From Pseudovirgaria hyperparasitica (taxonomy: Eukaryota): a stretch of DNA of 64,000 bases. Below are positions 63,497 to 64,000 of the stretch, piece by piece. Every line of letters starts with the position of its first letter. Positions within the stretch are counted from its first letter, which is position 1. The notes below the pieces were generated by a model. The model saw only the letters and a list, made by a program, of their open reading frames with translations, was not told the origin of the DNA and searched no databases. The position numbers and the translations under genes are program-made. Location: assembly GCA_010093815.1 (NCBI GenBank), contig ML996569.1; one strand, given 5' to 3'.

Positions 63497-64000
63497 ATGG
63501 GTTTCCTCGCCACCACTTCCATGGTCTTATACTTCCTTCATCTCACCACCGCTCAAGCTCCTCGATCCGCCCAGCCCCCATTCTTTCCAGAATACTGCAC
63601 TCTCCCCCTGACTGGTCGCGCCCTTCCCCTCCAACTCAACAACACAGCTCCTCGCACCGTAACATGCATCAGCCCCGGCGCCGCATGCAAACGCAACGCA
63701 GACTGCAACGTACCAGGCGCCCATCCCTCGGTCGAAGAGTGCGGCCAAATCTATCTTGAGCGCAACTACACGACTCTTCTGCGCCCAAACACCATTTGCC
63801 TAGATGGCTTCTGTCGCTACGCAATCCCACGCATCGATGCCGAGCCACGCTCACAACACCGCTGCGGATGTCTCGTAGGATGTCAGGGCACTCCTGGGAA
63901 ACCATACACGTGTATTCAGGGCAATTGCGAGCGTGAGCATTGCGTTGGTTGTGGACAGCGTGCGCCGTATGGGGATGAGGACAGGCAGTGTTGTGGTTAT
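63497..64000 (+). CDS. Secreted Cys-rich protein (partial, runs off the window)
   Basis: Open for 168 codons from ATG 63497 with no stop, which is why the ORF track omits it. Signal-like MGFLATTSMVLYFLHLTTAQ, 16 Cys, TATAAA at ~63412. Confidence 0.75.
   Translation, partial: MGFLATTSMVLYFLHLTTAQAPRSAQPPFFPEYCTLPLTGRALPLQLNNTAPRTVTCISPGAACKRNADCNVPGAHPSVEECGQIYLERNYTTLLRPNTICLDGFCRYAIPRIDAEPRSQHRCGCLVGCQGTPGKPYTCIQGNCEREHCVGCGQRAPYGDEDRQCCGY

Overview
Eukaryotic DNA from a filamentous ascomycete (Pezizomycotina; Dothideomycete-like by impression). It is gene-dense, with short spliceosomal introns (GT/GC...CTRAY...YAG). I can support about 27 protein-coding genes, most of which had to be assembled across introns by hand, so the unspliced ORF track is misleading. 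Conserved genes: NCBP3-like, MRPL8, RNR1, PTC5, RQC1, ECM25-like RhoGAP, ARO2, two Zn2Cys6 transcription factors, two mitochondrial carriers, ANP1, a YCII protein, PCS60, SPF45, an MFS permease, CCP1, acyl-CoA oxidase, PEP12 and NDC1. Accessory-looking genes: a secreted GH23/SLT muramidase-like protein that resembles basidiomycete proteins as I recall them, an intronless PD-(D/E)xK nuclease-like protein, an F-box-like protein, a 74-aa Cys-rich protein, a Pro/Ser-rich orphan, and a secreted Cys-rich protein cut by the window end. Structural highlights: two GC-AG introns, one of which could switch a NirA-like TF between full-length and DNA-binding-less isoforms; dual-targeting signals; FarA and MCB promoter motifs; long microsatellites; and repeated sharp C-rich to G-rich skew switches that do not follow gene orientation. 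I recognised no tRNA, rRNA, CRISPR or intact transposon. All family assignments come from remembered motifs, not database searches.
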